Virus record (IMG/VR): IMGVR_UViG_3300002835_000007
Location: 1-64,000 of that record
DNA length: 64,000 nt
Reading direction: 5' to 3' (one strand)
The translations under genes and the position numbers were made by a program. The notes below the pieces were generated by a model. That model searched no databases. It worked only from the letters and a program-made list of their open reading frames with translations, and was not told the origin of the DNA. Below are positions 7,682-16,428 of the stretch, one piece after another (the first letter of the stretch is position 1; the number at the start of each line of letters is the position of its first letter).

Positions 7682-8164
7682 ATGAAAACAAAAAGAATTA
7701 GTTTAAATTATCAATTAGGTATGATGGTAGGTGAATACATCGTAGCACTACATTTACCAACACTTAGCACAGATATGCTAAAATCTAGAACAATTATCCA
7801 AGTATCTGAAGAAGAAACTGCTGAATGGGAAACCTTAGAGAAAAAGGAAGAACCATATTGGTTTAACGACAAAAAAAGGGAAGAAGATGAAGAAGGTTAT
7901 TTGAAATCTTTTTATGATAATCGTAAATGGTATCATAAATTGGAAGAAAAATATCTACCAGAAACAATCAAAGTTCCAGTACCTAGAGTAGTACCAACCA
8001 ATATTAATAGATTTGCTGAAGGTATCAAAGATACTTTGTGGAATTGTGATATGTCACATTATAGAATTCAAGAAGGGTTTTTTGAGCAAACAGAAGACAT
8101 TGCATGGTGTTCTTATATTATTTTAACAAGACACATAGAAAAAATTCCAGAAAAGTTTGCATAA
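7682..8164 (+). CDS. hypothetical protein
   Basis: ATG 7682 after TACCTTTG promoter-like site. Confidence 0.7.
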   Translation: MKTKRISLNYQLGMMVGEYIVALHLPTLSTDMLKSRTIIQVSEEETAEWETLEKKEEPYWFNDKKREEDEEGYLKSFYDNRKWYHKLEEKYLPETIKVPVPRVVPTNINRFAEGIKDTLWNCDMSHYRIQEGFFEQTEDIAWCSYIILTRHIEKIPEKFA

Positions 8165-8210
8165 TTGAAATATTATGTATACATTTGTATCAACATTAAA
8201 AATTTAAGAA

Positions 8211-8930
8211 ATGGGATTAAGAGATTTATTCATTGTTAGTGATGAAAACGCTAACGAACAACCAAAACAAGTGGAAACCGTAAAACCAACTAATACGGCT
8301 GCGACTACAAAGTTTCCATCATCTACTCCTCAAGTAGAAGAAAGTGGAGGGTTATTTAGTGCGTTTGGTTTTGGTAAAACAGAAACACCAACAACTAATA
8401 TACCAACACAAGTGTCTAATGAGCATTTAGAGAAAGCATTTGATTTGTACCAAAATGGTTTTGATTCATTAAACCAACCTGGGTATGACTTCTATGAGTT
8501 TTATCAAGCAGTAATGCAAGCTGGACCAACAAATCCACAAATCTATGTTATGGCATTGACTATGGCTAGTGCTATGGACAAGTCTATATCGAAAGATAAG
8601 TTGGTGCAACAATCAGAGTTTTATATTGCTGAAATTAACAAAGTTTACCAAGAATATAACTCAAAAGGTTTATCTAAGAAACAAGACTTAACAACTCAAA
8701 AACAAAATGAGAATGAATCTCTTGTAGGTGAATTATCTTTGTTAAGACAACAACTAGAAGCAATCCAAACTCAGATTGCTGACAGAGAAAACAAATTATC
8801 AGTTATCGATGTGAAGTATGCACCGATGATGAGTGAAGTAGATAGCAAATTGTCAGCAAATGACATGGCTAAAAACAAAATCGTTCAATCTATTGAACAA
8901 GTTAAAAATGGAATTATTAACAATTTATAA
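8211..8930 (+). CDS. coiled-coil protein, first gene of ABC/OmpA operon
   Basis: ORF track; LNQPGYDFYEF motif; C-terminal coiled coil. Confidence 0.75.
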   Translation: MGLRDLFIVSDENANEQPKQVETVKPTNTAATTKFPSSTPQVEESGGLFSAFGFGKTETPTTNIPTQVSNEHLEKAFDLYQNGFDSLNQPGYDFYEFYQAVMQAGPTNPQIYVMALTMASAMDKSISKDKLVQQSEFYIAEINKVYQEYNSKGLSKKQDLTTQKQNENESLVGELSLLRQQLEAIQTQIADRENKLSVIDVKYAPMMSEVDSKLSANDMAKNKIVQSIEQVKNGIINNL

Positions 8931-8941
8931 AAAGTAGAAAA

Positions 8942-10069
8942 ATGCAAACTAAAACTGAAACAGCAACATCATTTAAAGCGAATTTATCTGAGTTGCCAAT
9001 TTTAAAACACTTTGACCAAAACGAAATCTCTGCAAAGGTAGACAGTTTCCGTAAAGGTGAAAAAGGAATGTTCTGGTTCTTTAAATTAGCAGCACTTATT
9101 GGTGTGGGTTATTTAACATGGACTTATGTATTACCACCAGTTTTCCAAGCAATTGGACAATTCTTAGCTGTAGCAGCAACTGGTGTTTTGATTATAGCTG
9201 GAGTTATTATGGCACCAGTGATTGTGAAAGGGATTCGTTTATTTACACGTTCTTTACACAAAGCACTTATCAAATATGACCCATTTGCTCAGTTGGAAAT
9301 CGAAAGACAAAAAATGCTTGAAAATCAACGTACTTTCAGAACAGCTAAAGGTAACATCGCTTCATTAAAAACTGAGATGGAAGTAGAAGCTGATAAATCT
9401 GAGAAAGAAGCTGAATCTGGTCAAACACGTATCATCTCTTTACAAGGTAAAGCTGAAAAGATTAAGCATGAAATGGATGCTATGGTTCAAAAGATGGGTA
9501 TTGATGCTAAATCAGAAGATGATTATGTAAACAGAGCATCTGAATTACAAAAGATTTTGGCTGAAGCACAACGTGTAGCTAACAAATTAAACCAATCTAA
9601 AGACTTTGTTCAAAAGTATGGTTCACGTGCCGCTATCATGAAGAAAATGGGTCAAAAACTTACAATGGTTGAAACCGTTATGGATATTAAAATTCAAGAC
9701 TTTGATGCAACTATAGATATGTTGAAGAAAGACTATGAGTTCGGTCAAAAATCTAATGCTGCGACTAGTGCTGCTAAATCAGCAATGGGTTTCACAAAAG
9801 GATGGGAATTCGACTATGCATTGGATGTTGTAACATCAACTATTGCTAATGATATCGCAATTACTGCTGGTAACTTGAGAGATATCGAAACACTTACAAG
9901 TAACTACTCATTAGATTCTGATGAATTGTATGCAAACTTGAATGCTGTGGCTGATAAAATCAAAGTTGGTCAAGATATCATACCACAAGCAAAACAATAT
10001 TCAAACCCAGAATATACTCTTTCTCAATCAGATAAAGTTAAATCTGGAGGATTTGGAGAATTATTTTAA
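8942..10069 (+). CDS. membrane-anchored long coiled-coil protein (PspA-like architecture)
   Basis: Two N-terminal hydrophobic helices then ~250 aa coiled coil. Confidence 0.65.
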   Translation: MQTKTETATSFKANLSELPILKHFDQNEISAKVDSFRKGEKGMFWFFKLAALIGVGYLTWTYVLPPVFQAIGQFLAVAATGVLIIAGVIMAPVIVKGIRLFTRSLHKALIKYDPFAQLEIERQKMLENQRTFRTAKGNIASLKTEMEVEADKSEKEAESGQTRIISLQGKAEKIKHEMDAMVQKMGIDAKSEDDYVNRASELQKILAEAQRVANKLNQSKDFVQKYGSRAAIMKKMGQKLTMVETVMDIKIQDFDATIDMLKKDYEFGQKSNAATSAAKSAMGFTKGWEFDYALDVVTSTIANDIAITAGNLRDIETLTSNYSLDSDELYANLNAVADKIKVGQDIIPQAKQYSNPEYTLSQSDKVKSGGFGELF

Positions 10070-10283
10070 AAAAAGTTGCAAAATGTTTGGAGAATTAAAA
10101 TATTCTCCATACATTTGTAATATCAAATTAAATGTTTAACTAAAAAAAAAAGAAAATGTCAAAAACATCGAATCACGTAAAAATCTCTTGTTTGTTAGAG
10201 TGGATTAAATCTATTAAAAAATACAGATTTTAATCTTAGAAACAAAAATAAATTATTAAAGTAAAAAACGAAAAAAGAAAAAA

Positions 10284-12122
10284 ATGGAAAATGTTAATGG
10301 AGTACAAGGTGGTTTAGCGGCAAAATGGAATCGTTTGACCAAATTAAGTAAAATGTTAATTATGGGTGTTGGTTTAGCAATTGTTTTAGCAGTTGTGTAT
10401 ATGGCCGCACCAGGTTTAAGAGTTGCAGTGTCAAAAGAAATGAAAGCGTTAGCAATCAATTCTGACGATTTAAACAACGTAACTAAAGGTGCTGAATTAC
10501 CTTTACCATCTACGGAAGTGTCTAGTAACTTTGACGAAAGTAAGTTGATTAGAATAGCTGAGTACGCATGGAATGGTAACTCTGGTATGATTGTAGCAAA
10601 TGGTGGACCAAGAACAACTGAAGGGTCTCTTATGGAGGCTGCTGATGTAAACTTGGAAATCGTGCGACAAGATATGGTTGGTGGTTTACGTGATATGCAA
10701 ATAAAATTTGTTGATGAATTTAGCAAAGGTGTTGCTTATCCAAAATCACAAAAGTCAGCGTTTGCTGTATCTATCATGGGTGATGGTGTGCCTTTTTACA
10801 TTACAACTACTCAAAAAGCGTTAGATGAGAAGTTTGGTAAAGGTAAATATCACGTAGTTAATATCGGTGCAATCGGTTTATCATATGGGGAGGACAAATT
10901 AATTGGTCCAAAAGTATGGCAAGATAACCCACAAACACTTAGAGGTGCGGTTGTATCATCAGTAATCGGTGATGGTGACTGGGTAGTAGCTGTAAACTAT
11001 GCATCTGCGAATGGTATTCCAGTTAATCCAGACCCAACAACTTTTGATGCTAATGCATTGAACTTTGTACCGTCACAAGATGATGACTTTATCAACTCTG
11101 TAAAAGAATTGATTAAATCACAAAACACTGGATTTACTGTACCTTTGAAAGAAGTTAAAGATGGTAAATTGACTGGTAAGACAATCAACCATAAAATTGA
11201 TGGTGCAACAACATGGACTCCAGGTGATAAAATGGCTTTTGATGCGTTGACTGGGTTTACTGATGTTGTTACAACAAAAGATTTCGTTAACCAAATGGCT
11301 ACATCAATTATCGTAGTGAAAGAATGGGCGATACAACATGAAAAAGAAGTAACGAATATTTTGAAACAAACATATACTGCTTGTAACCAAATTAAACAAT
11401 ACGATAGATGGGCCCGTAAGGCTGCTGAATGTGTTGCAAAAACATACAACTTTGAAACTGCTGATTATTGGTACAAAATGTTCAAAGGACAAAAAGGTAC
11501 TAAAGGTGGTTTAGATTACAATATTGGTGGTACACGTGTATTTAACTATGCTGATGCTATGCAATACTACGGAATCACGGATGGTAATAACAGATATAAA
11601 GCGGTTTACAATCAAGTATCTATGTACTTAACTGACTTGAACCCATGTGGTTTCAACGAAACATGTAAAGATGGTGTTGTGCAATACGAAGATGCTGTTA
11701 ACTTATACTTCTTGAAATCTATTAGTGATGTTGATGCTGGAACTACTCAAAAGTTCAACTATGTTGAGAATAAAACTAAAGTGATGGCAGATGGACAATG
11801 GAACATTAGCTTTGCTACTGCAAGTACAACTATCCAAGGTTCTGAGAAAACGTTAGAGACTATCTACAACTTGTTAATTCAAGCTGAACAAACTAAATTG
11901 AAAGTGATTGGTCATACAGATAATGTTGGTAATCCACAATCTAATATGGTATTGTCTAGAGGTCGTGCTAACTCAGTTGTTGATTATTTGGTTAATCGTG
12001 GGATTCCTAAAGCACGTATTCAATTTGTGGATGGTTTAGGTGATACTAATCCAGTAGCTACAAATGCAACTGCGGCTGGTAAATCGAAAAACAGACGTGT
12101 AGAGATTACATTGTTACAATAA
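10284..12122 (+). CDS. ABC substrate-binding-like protein fused to OmpA C-terminal peptidoglycan-binding domain
   Basis: N-terminal TM; C-terminal GHTDNVG..N..LS..RA..V..YL...NRRVEI. Confidence 0.85.
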   Translation: MENVNGVQGGLAAKWNRLTKLSKMLIMGVGLAIVLAVVYMAAPGLRVAVSKEMKALAINSDDLNNVTKGAELPLPSTEVSSNFDESKLIRIAEYAWNGNSGMIVANGGPRTTEGSLMEAADVNLEIVRQDMVGGLRDMQIKFVDEFSKGVAYPKSQKSAFAVSIMGDGVPFYITTTQKALDEKFGKGKYHVVNIGAIGLSYGEDKLIGPKVWQDNPQTLRGAVVSSVIGDGDWVVAVNYASANGIPVNPDPTTFDANALNFVPSQDDDFINSVKELIKSQNTGFTVPLKEVKDGKLTGKTINHKIDGATTWTPGDKMAFDALTGFTDVVTTKDFVNQMATSIIVVKEWAIQHEKEVTNILKQTYTACNQIKQYDRWARKAAECVAKTYNFETADYWYKMFKGQKGTKGGLDYNIGGTRVFNYADAMQYYGITDGNNRYKAVYNQVSMYLTDLNPCGFNETCKDGVVQYEDAVNLYFLKSISDVDAGTTQKFNYVENKTKVMADGQWNISFATASTTIQGSEKTLETIYNLLIQAEQTKLKVIGHTDNVGNPQSNMVLSRGRANSVVDYLVNRGIPKARIQFVDGLGDTNPVATNATAAGKSKNRRVEITLLQ

Positions 12123-12139
12123 ACTAACATTATTTAATT

Positions 12140-12170
12140 AAAGTCCCTAACTTTGTTAGGGATTTTTTTT
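12140..12170 (+). terminator. intrinsic terminator
   Basis: AAAGTCCCTAAC-TTT-GTTAGGGATTTTTTTT. Confidence 0.75.
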
Positions 12171-12190
12171 GAACTTTAAAAAATAAAAAT

Positions 12191-12961
12191 ATGAAAAATT
12201 TAATTAAACCATTTCAAGAACTTAAAAGTACGTCAAGAGGTACAATCATGTTAGGTTGGTTAGTAGCTATACTTACATTTTGGACCTTGAATATGTTTGG
12301 AACATCACATATGTTTCCAACACCAACACAAGTTATCCATGGATTTGGTGACTTATGGGCTGAAGGATTAGTTGTTCACATAGTTAGTTCAATTGCGTTA
12401 TGTGCACATGCTGTATTCTTATCAGTGATTATATCATTGGTTATCGCATATTCAACAGCAATTCCAATTATGAAGCCAGTAGGTACATTTATATCTAAAT
12501 TAAGATATCTTCCATTGACTGGTATTGCTTTTTATTTAGCTATCATTATTAACGATGCTAGAAGTCTTCAAGTATGGGTGCTTGTAGTGTTCATGACAAC
12601 GTTTCTAACGACTTCTCTTATTCAAATGATACAAGATATCCCCAAAGAAGAATTGGACCACGCAAAAACGCTAGGATGCAATCGTTGGGAGATTTTATGG
12701 GAAGTAGTTATCAAAGGTAGATTAGATTACGTGTTAGAGTTGGTAAGACAAAACTTAGCAATTGTATGGATGATGCTTGTAACGGTTGAGTCTATATTAG
12801 CAGCAGCTGGTGGTATGGGATTCTTAATCAAAAATAGTGACAAGTTAGGTGACAATGGTAGAGTAATTGCATTACAAATTATAATTGTAGTTGTAGGGTT
12901 ATCATTGGACTTTATCATCACTAAATTACGTAAATTAATATTCAGATATTCAAATTATTAA
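12191..12961 (+). CDS. ABC transporter permease (TauC/SsuC-like)
   Basis: FPTP..V; EAA-loop-like DHAKTLGCNRW; WMMLVTVE...GMGFLI. Confidence 0.88.
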   Translation: MKNLIKPFQELKSTSRGTIMLGWLVAILTFWTLNMFGTSHMFPTPTQVIHGFGDLWAEGLVVHIVSSIALCAHAVFLSVIISLVIAYSTAIPIMKPVGTFISKLRYLPLTGIAFYLAIIINDARSLQVWVLVVFMTTFLTTSLIQMIQDIPKEELDHAKTLGCNRWEILWEVVIKGRLDYVLELVRQNLAIVWMMLVTVESILAAAGGMGFLIKNSDKLGDNGRVIALQIIIVVVGLSLDFIITKLRKLIFRYSNY

Positions 12962-12964
12962 GAC

Positions 12965-13786
12965 ATGAGTTATAGAGAATTAGATACAATATTATACGTT
13001 GATAAGATTAGCGTTGGGTATGAAGGAAAAACAATTCTTAAAGATATTTCAATCATTGAGAAAAATATAGTAAGAGATGGTCACGATTCCACTGGACAAA
13101 CAATTGCGGTGTTAGGTCGTTCTGGTAGAGGTAAATCTACATTGTTCAAAGCGTTGACTGGATTGGTTAAACCAATGTCTGGCCAGATTTTGATAAGTGA
13201 TATGGCTACAGAAGTTGCAGATGATGCAAAAATATTGGCTGAAGGTGATGTAGGGTTTGTTGACCAAAAATACACTTTGTTCAGACATAAAACAGTATAT
13301 CAGATTTGTCAATATGCATTAAGAAAAAGTAAAACGACAAAACAAGAGAAAGATAAGTTGATTACTGAGTTTTTAACTGAATGGGGTTTATTAGAACACA
13401 AAGATAAATACTCATGTGAGTTATCTGGTGGTCAAAGACAAAGAACTGCAATCATTGAGCAAATGTTATCATCTAAACATTTTATGATTTTGGATGAACC
13501 ATTCTCTGGATTGGACGTTGGAAACATTGAGAAAGTTAAAACATCTTTCCAAAAGATTTTGGATGCTGACGAATATAACACAATCATATTTTCAACACAC
13601 GATATCAGATTGGCTGCTGAATTGGCTGATAGTATTTATATTATTGGTAACCCAGAGGGTACAACTGAATATTCAACAGTCTTAAAACACTATGATTTAA
13701 AGAAAATGGGATTAGCTTGGACACCATATGGTGAGGGTCATAGAAAAGTGGTTGCTGACATAAAAGAAATATTATTAAAATCGTAA
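12965..13786 (+). CDS. ABC transporter ATPase (TauB/SsuB-like)
   Basis: GRSGRGKST, LSGGQRQR, ILDEPFSGLD, STHD. Confidence 0.93.
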   Translation: MSYRELDTILYVDKISVGYEGKTILKDISIIEKNIVRDGHDSTGQTIAVLGRSGRGKSTLFKALTGLVKPMSGQILISDMATEVADDAKILAEGDVGFVDQKYTLFRHKTVYQICQYALRKSKTTKQEKDKLITEFLTEWGLLEHKDKYSCELSGGQRQRTAIIEQMLSSKHFMILDEPFSGLDVGNIEKVKTSFQKILDADEYNTIIFSTHDIRLAAELADSIYIIGNPEGTTEYSTVLKHYDLKKMGLAWTPYGEGHRKVVADIKEILLKS

Positions 13787-14023
13787 CAATGATAAATTTT
13801 TTTGGTAAATTAGGTCTAATTGCACATGGTCAATTAAGATTGTTTAAAAATCTCTTCTATGAGATACAGTTGTTTGGTCGTATTAGAGATTTTAAAGATG
13901 GTATTACATTCTTTGAGTTTAAATGTAATTTAGACAGATATAAGAGTGAACATTCACCATCTTTTCAATTAGAATTAACAATATTAAACTTATATAATCA
14001 TATATGGGTTTATCAAAACAATT

Positions 14024-14350
14024 TTGAAGATGATAATAGTAAGTGATAGGTTTTTAAGGTTCTTGACATTCTTTTTAGGTGGTGGTCAATTACCAGCAGC
14101 TATGGCGTTCTACCCTTTTGTTATATTGAATAGCAAAGTGGTAGCAACGCCAGAGTTGATAAACCATGAAAGGATTCACCTAAGACAACAAATCGAAATG
14201 TTAATTATACCATTCTATATTTGGTATCTTATTGAGTATTATAGAAAGGGGTATTATAATGTTTCTTTTGAAAAAGAAGCGTATGCTAACGATAAAAACT
14301 TTAATTATCTTAAAAAAAGACGTATATTTAGTTTTATTAGATATTTATAA
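14024..14350 (+). CDS. HExxH-motif hypothetical protein
   Basis: LINHERIHLRQQ...FEKEAY. Confidence 0.7.
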   Translation: MKMIIVSDRFLRFLTFFLGGGQLPAAMAFYPFVILNSKVVATPELINHERIHLRQQIEMLIIPFYIWYLIEYYRKGYYNVSFEKEAYANDKNFNYLKKRRIFSFIRYL

Positions 14351-14468
14351 TAAAGACTTTGTTCATAAGAACAACTTTTAAGCAGAGTTAAGGTTGTTGT
14401 TTTTAATTAAAAAAAAATGGATAGTGAATGTAACAGTAAGCAGAAAAGTTGTGGGGACAGTTTGCCTC

Positions 14469-15272
14469 ATGATAGCGACTTTTCTGAACCCTTTAGGGTT
14501 CGACATACTGGTTTTCAAACTGATGCAGTTAACCAACGATTATTGGAATACAATGTACATTCTATATGGATTGGCATTTGTGTTCTTATTGCTGTCGCAC
14601 TTATTTTTTAGATTAAAAAAAAGAGTTTTAGGAAACTTATTTGTAACAATAGCATTATTTGTTAATCCATTGGGTTATGATGTTGTTGTTTACTGTATTA
14701 CGTTATTAACAAAAAATTATTGGATGACTATGGCGATTATGTATGCGTTAGCATTTGTTTTTTTTGGATTTTTTATGTACCTTTACAAAATGAATCCAAT
14801 CAAACTCATTAAAGACAAGATTATTGGGTTACATGAAAAATTTTTAAAAAAAAAAGTAAAAATGAAAACATTTGATGAACTATTTGACGAATTCTTTAAT
14901 AAAAAGAATTCTGAAGAACCAAAAAAGAAATCTAAACCTTCAAGAGAAGAATTTAGTGACGGATTATCTAAATTAATAAACATTTTATCTAGTGCTAAGC
15001 AAATAGATGATGAAGATGAAAAATTTAAAATAGACAATGAATATGGTGAACCATCTAGAGTTGAGTATTTCAATGAGGATGAATTGTATTTTAAAAAAAC
15101 AATATGGGAAGTTGAAGATGGTGAAATTGTTAAATTAGAAGTGTCAGATGCACCATTTGATGAAGACGAACACAAATCTTTAGAAGAATTATTAGAAGAA
15201 GCTATTGCTGCTGAAGAGTACGAAAAAGCTGCTGAAATAAGAGATGAATTAAATAAAATTAAAAATAATTAA
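14469..15272 (+). CDS. duplicated membrane domain in frame with a UVR-domain protein (possibly two genes; second ATG 14862)
   Basis: Two NPLG(F/Y)D...YW..M..Y.LAFVF repeats; C-terminal LEEAIAAEEYEKAAEIRDEL. Confidence 0.65.
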   Translation: MIATFLNPLGFDILVFKLMQLTNDYWNTMYILYGLAFVFLLLSHLFFRLKKRVLGNLFVTIALFVNPLGYDVVVYCITLLTKNYWMTMAIMYALAFVFFGFFMYLYKMNPIKLIKDKIIGLHEKFLKKKVKMKTFDELFDEFFNKKNSEEPKKKSKPSREEFSDGLSKLINILSSAKQIDDEDEKFKIDNEYGEPSRVEYFNEDELYFKKTIWEVEDGEIVKLEVSDAPFDEDEHKSLEELLEEAIAAEEYEKAAEIRDELNKIKNN

Positions 15273-15291
15273 AAAAAAAATTACAAAAAAC

Positions 15292-15322
15292 TTGACAAAT
15301 GTAAAAAAAGTTCGTACATTTG
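15292..15322 (+). promoter_or_regulatory. promoter upstream of leader peptide 2
   Basis: TTGACA-N17-TACATTTG. Confidence 0.75.
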
Positions 15323-15378
15323 TAGTATAATTTTGAATTTTAAAAAAAAACGATATATTTAATTAATACAAAAGCGAA

Positions 15379-15474
15379 ATGAAAACAACAGTTACTACAT
15401 ATCAACCGAAACAAACGCAAGGCGGAAAGCCTAGTGTATCGGGTATGTTATATCTGTTGAGTAACGAAGAATAA
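15379..15474 (+). CDS. attenuator leader peptide 2 (MKTTVTTYQPKQTQGGKPSVSGMLYLLSNEE)
   Basis: 31-codon ORF; K/T/Y/Q/P/G block; overlaps antiterminator strand ATCGGGT 15438-15444. Confidence 0.8.
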   Translation: MKTTVTTYQPKQTQGGKPSVSGMLYLLSNEE

Positions 15475-15498
15475 AGATTCTAAATTACAAGATATTCC

Positions 15499-15531
15499 AA
15501 ACCCGATTTCAGAAATGACATCGGGTTTTTT
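15499..15531 (+). terminator. intrinsic terminator of attenuator 2
   Basis: AAACCCGAT-T-TCA-GAAA-TGA-C-ATCGGGTTT then T-run. Confidence 0.85.
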
Positions 15532-15627
15532 GTTTTAGGTACCTATGCCTCTTAAAAAATAGGAACGTTATTTGACATGTTGGTTTATTTTGGGTTGTAC
15601 ATATACAATAGTAGGAATGTAAATTAT

Positions 15628-15701
15628 CGAGTAGTATAGGAGTGGTTTATCTAGCGGCATTTGGAATGCCGAGCACGTTGGTTCGAATCCAACCTATTCG
15701 A
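15628..15701 (+). tRNA. tRNA-Pro(TGG)
   Basis: CGAGTAG/CTATTCG; CGGCA-TTTGGAA-TGCCG. Confidence 0.92.
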
Positions 15702-15751
15702 CCCTAATGGTTTCCCATAAGCCATTAAAAAAACAAGTTATGGGAAGTTAT

Positions 15752-15825
15752 TTTCCGATAGACAAACTGGCAAAGTCACTCGCCTTTGAAGTGAGAATTT
15801 GGGGGTTCGAAGCCCTCTCGGAAAT
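15752..15825 (+). tRNA. tRNA-Gln(TTG)
   Basis: TTTCCGA/TCGGAAA; CTCGC-CTTTGAA-GTGAG. Confidence 0.9.
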
Positions 15826-15883
15826 CAAAAAAAATAAAAAAACTTGCATATGTTAAAAATAGTTCATACATTTGTAAAAGAAA

Positions 15884-15957
15884 AATAAAAGATAGCTTCA
15901 GCAATTTCACAACTATCAAACTTTTAATTTGAATCAGAAAATGCTATCTTGATTTAT
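15884..15957 (+). ncRNA. CAGCAA-stem RNA displaying a lone Lys(UUU) anticodon hairpin
   Basis: AAGATAGC(15889)/GCTATCTT(15943), TTCAGCAA, TCAAA-CTTTTAA-TTTGA 15916-15932; own promoter TACATTTG 15867. Confidence 0.7.
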
Positions 15958-16043
15958 TGGAGGGTGGCCGAGTGGTTAAAGGCGGCAGACTGTAAATCTG
16001 TTCTCGTAAGGGTACGGGGGTTCGAATCCCTCCCCTCCAACCA
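15958..16043 (+). tRNA. tRNA-Tyr(GTA)
   Basis: GCAGA-CTGTAAA-TCTGT; long variable arm; ACCA end. Confidence 0.96.
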
Positions 16044-16051
16044 AAAATTAT

Positions 16052-16124
16052 GCCTTTGTAGCACAGCTGGTAGTGCACTTCACTTGTAATGAAGGGGTCG
16101 TAGGTTCGAATCCTATCAAAGGCT
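16052..16124 (+). tRNA. tRNA-Thr(TGT)
   Basis: GCCTTTG/CAAAGGC; CTTCA-CTTGTAA-TGAAG. Confidence 0.96.
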
Positions 16125-16216
16125 CACGTGTTAACTAGGGTCGAGCCACATTTTGCCTCGGTTAACAATAGAAGAAAGAACCTAGAGGTGGCCGTGACTG
16201 TCTTTCTTCGAAATTT

Positions 16217-16289
16217 GCAGATATCGTATAATGGTTTATTATATTAGCCTTCCAAGCCTAGGATTTCAGTTCGATTCTGAATATCTGCT
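16217..16289 (+). tRNA. tRNA-Gly(TCC), imperfect anticodon stem
   Basis: GCAGATA/TATCTGC-T; loop CTTCCAA. Confidence 0.8.
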
Positions 16290-16348
16290 CAAAAAGAGGA
16301 ATAACAAGTGTGGATGCCTCAAGGTACAGCTGACCTACCACACTCTAT

Positions 16349-16420
16349 GCGAGAGTAGCTCAGTGGTAGAGCATCTGGTTACCAACCAGAGGGTCGTGGG
16401 TTCGAATCCCATCTCTCGCT
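16349..16420 (+). tRNA. tRNA-Gly(ACC)
   Basis: GCGAGAG/CTCTCGC-T Gly-type body; TCTGG-TTACCAA-CCAGA. Confidence 0.9.
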
Positions 16421-16428
16421 CAAAATAT

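Noticed and set aside
10156-10233. Micro-ORF MSKTSNHVKISCLLEWIKSIKKYRF as a leader peptide for the ABC genes
   Set aside because: No codon enrichment and no terminator/antiterminator pair.
16128-16210. Pistol or HDV-like (theta) ribozyme call
   Set aside because: The topology is suggestive but the conserved catalytic nucleotides could not be matched; kept only as an unknown structured RNA.
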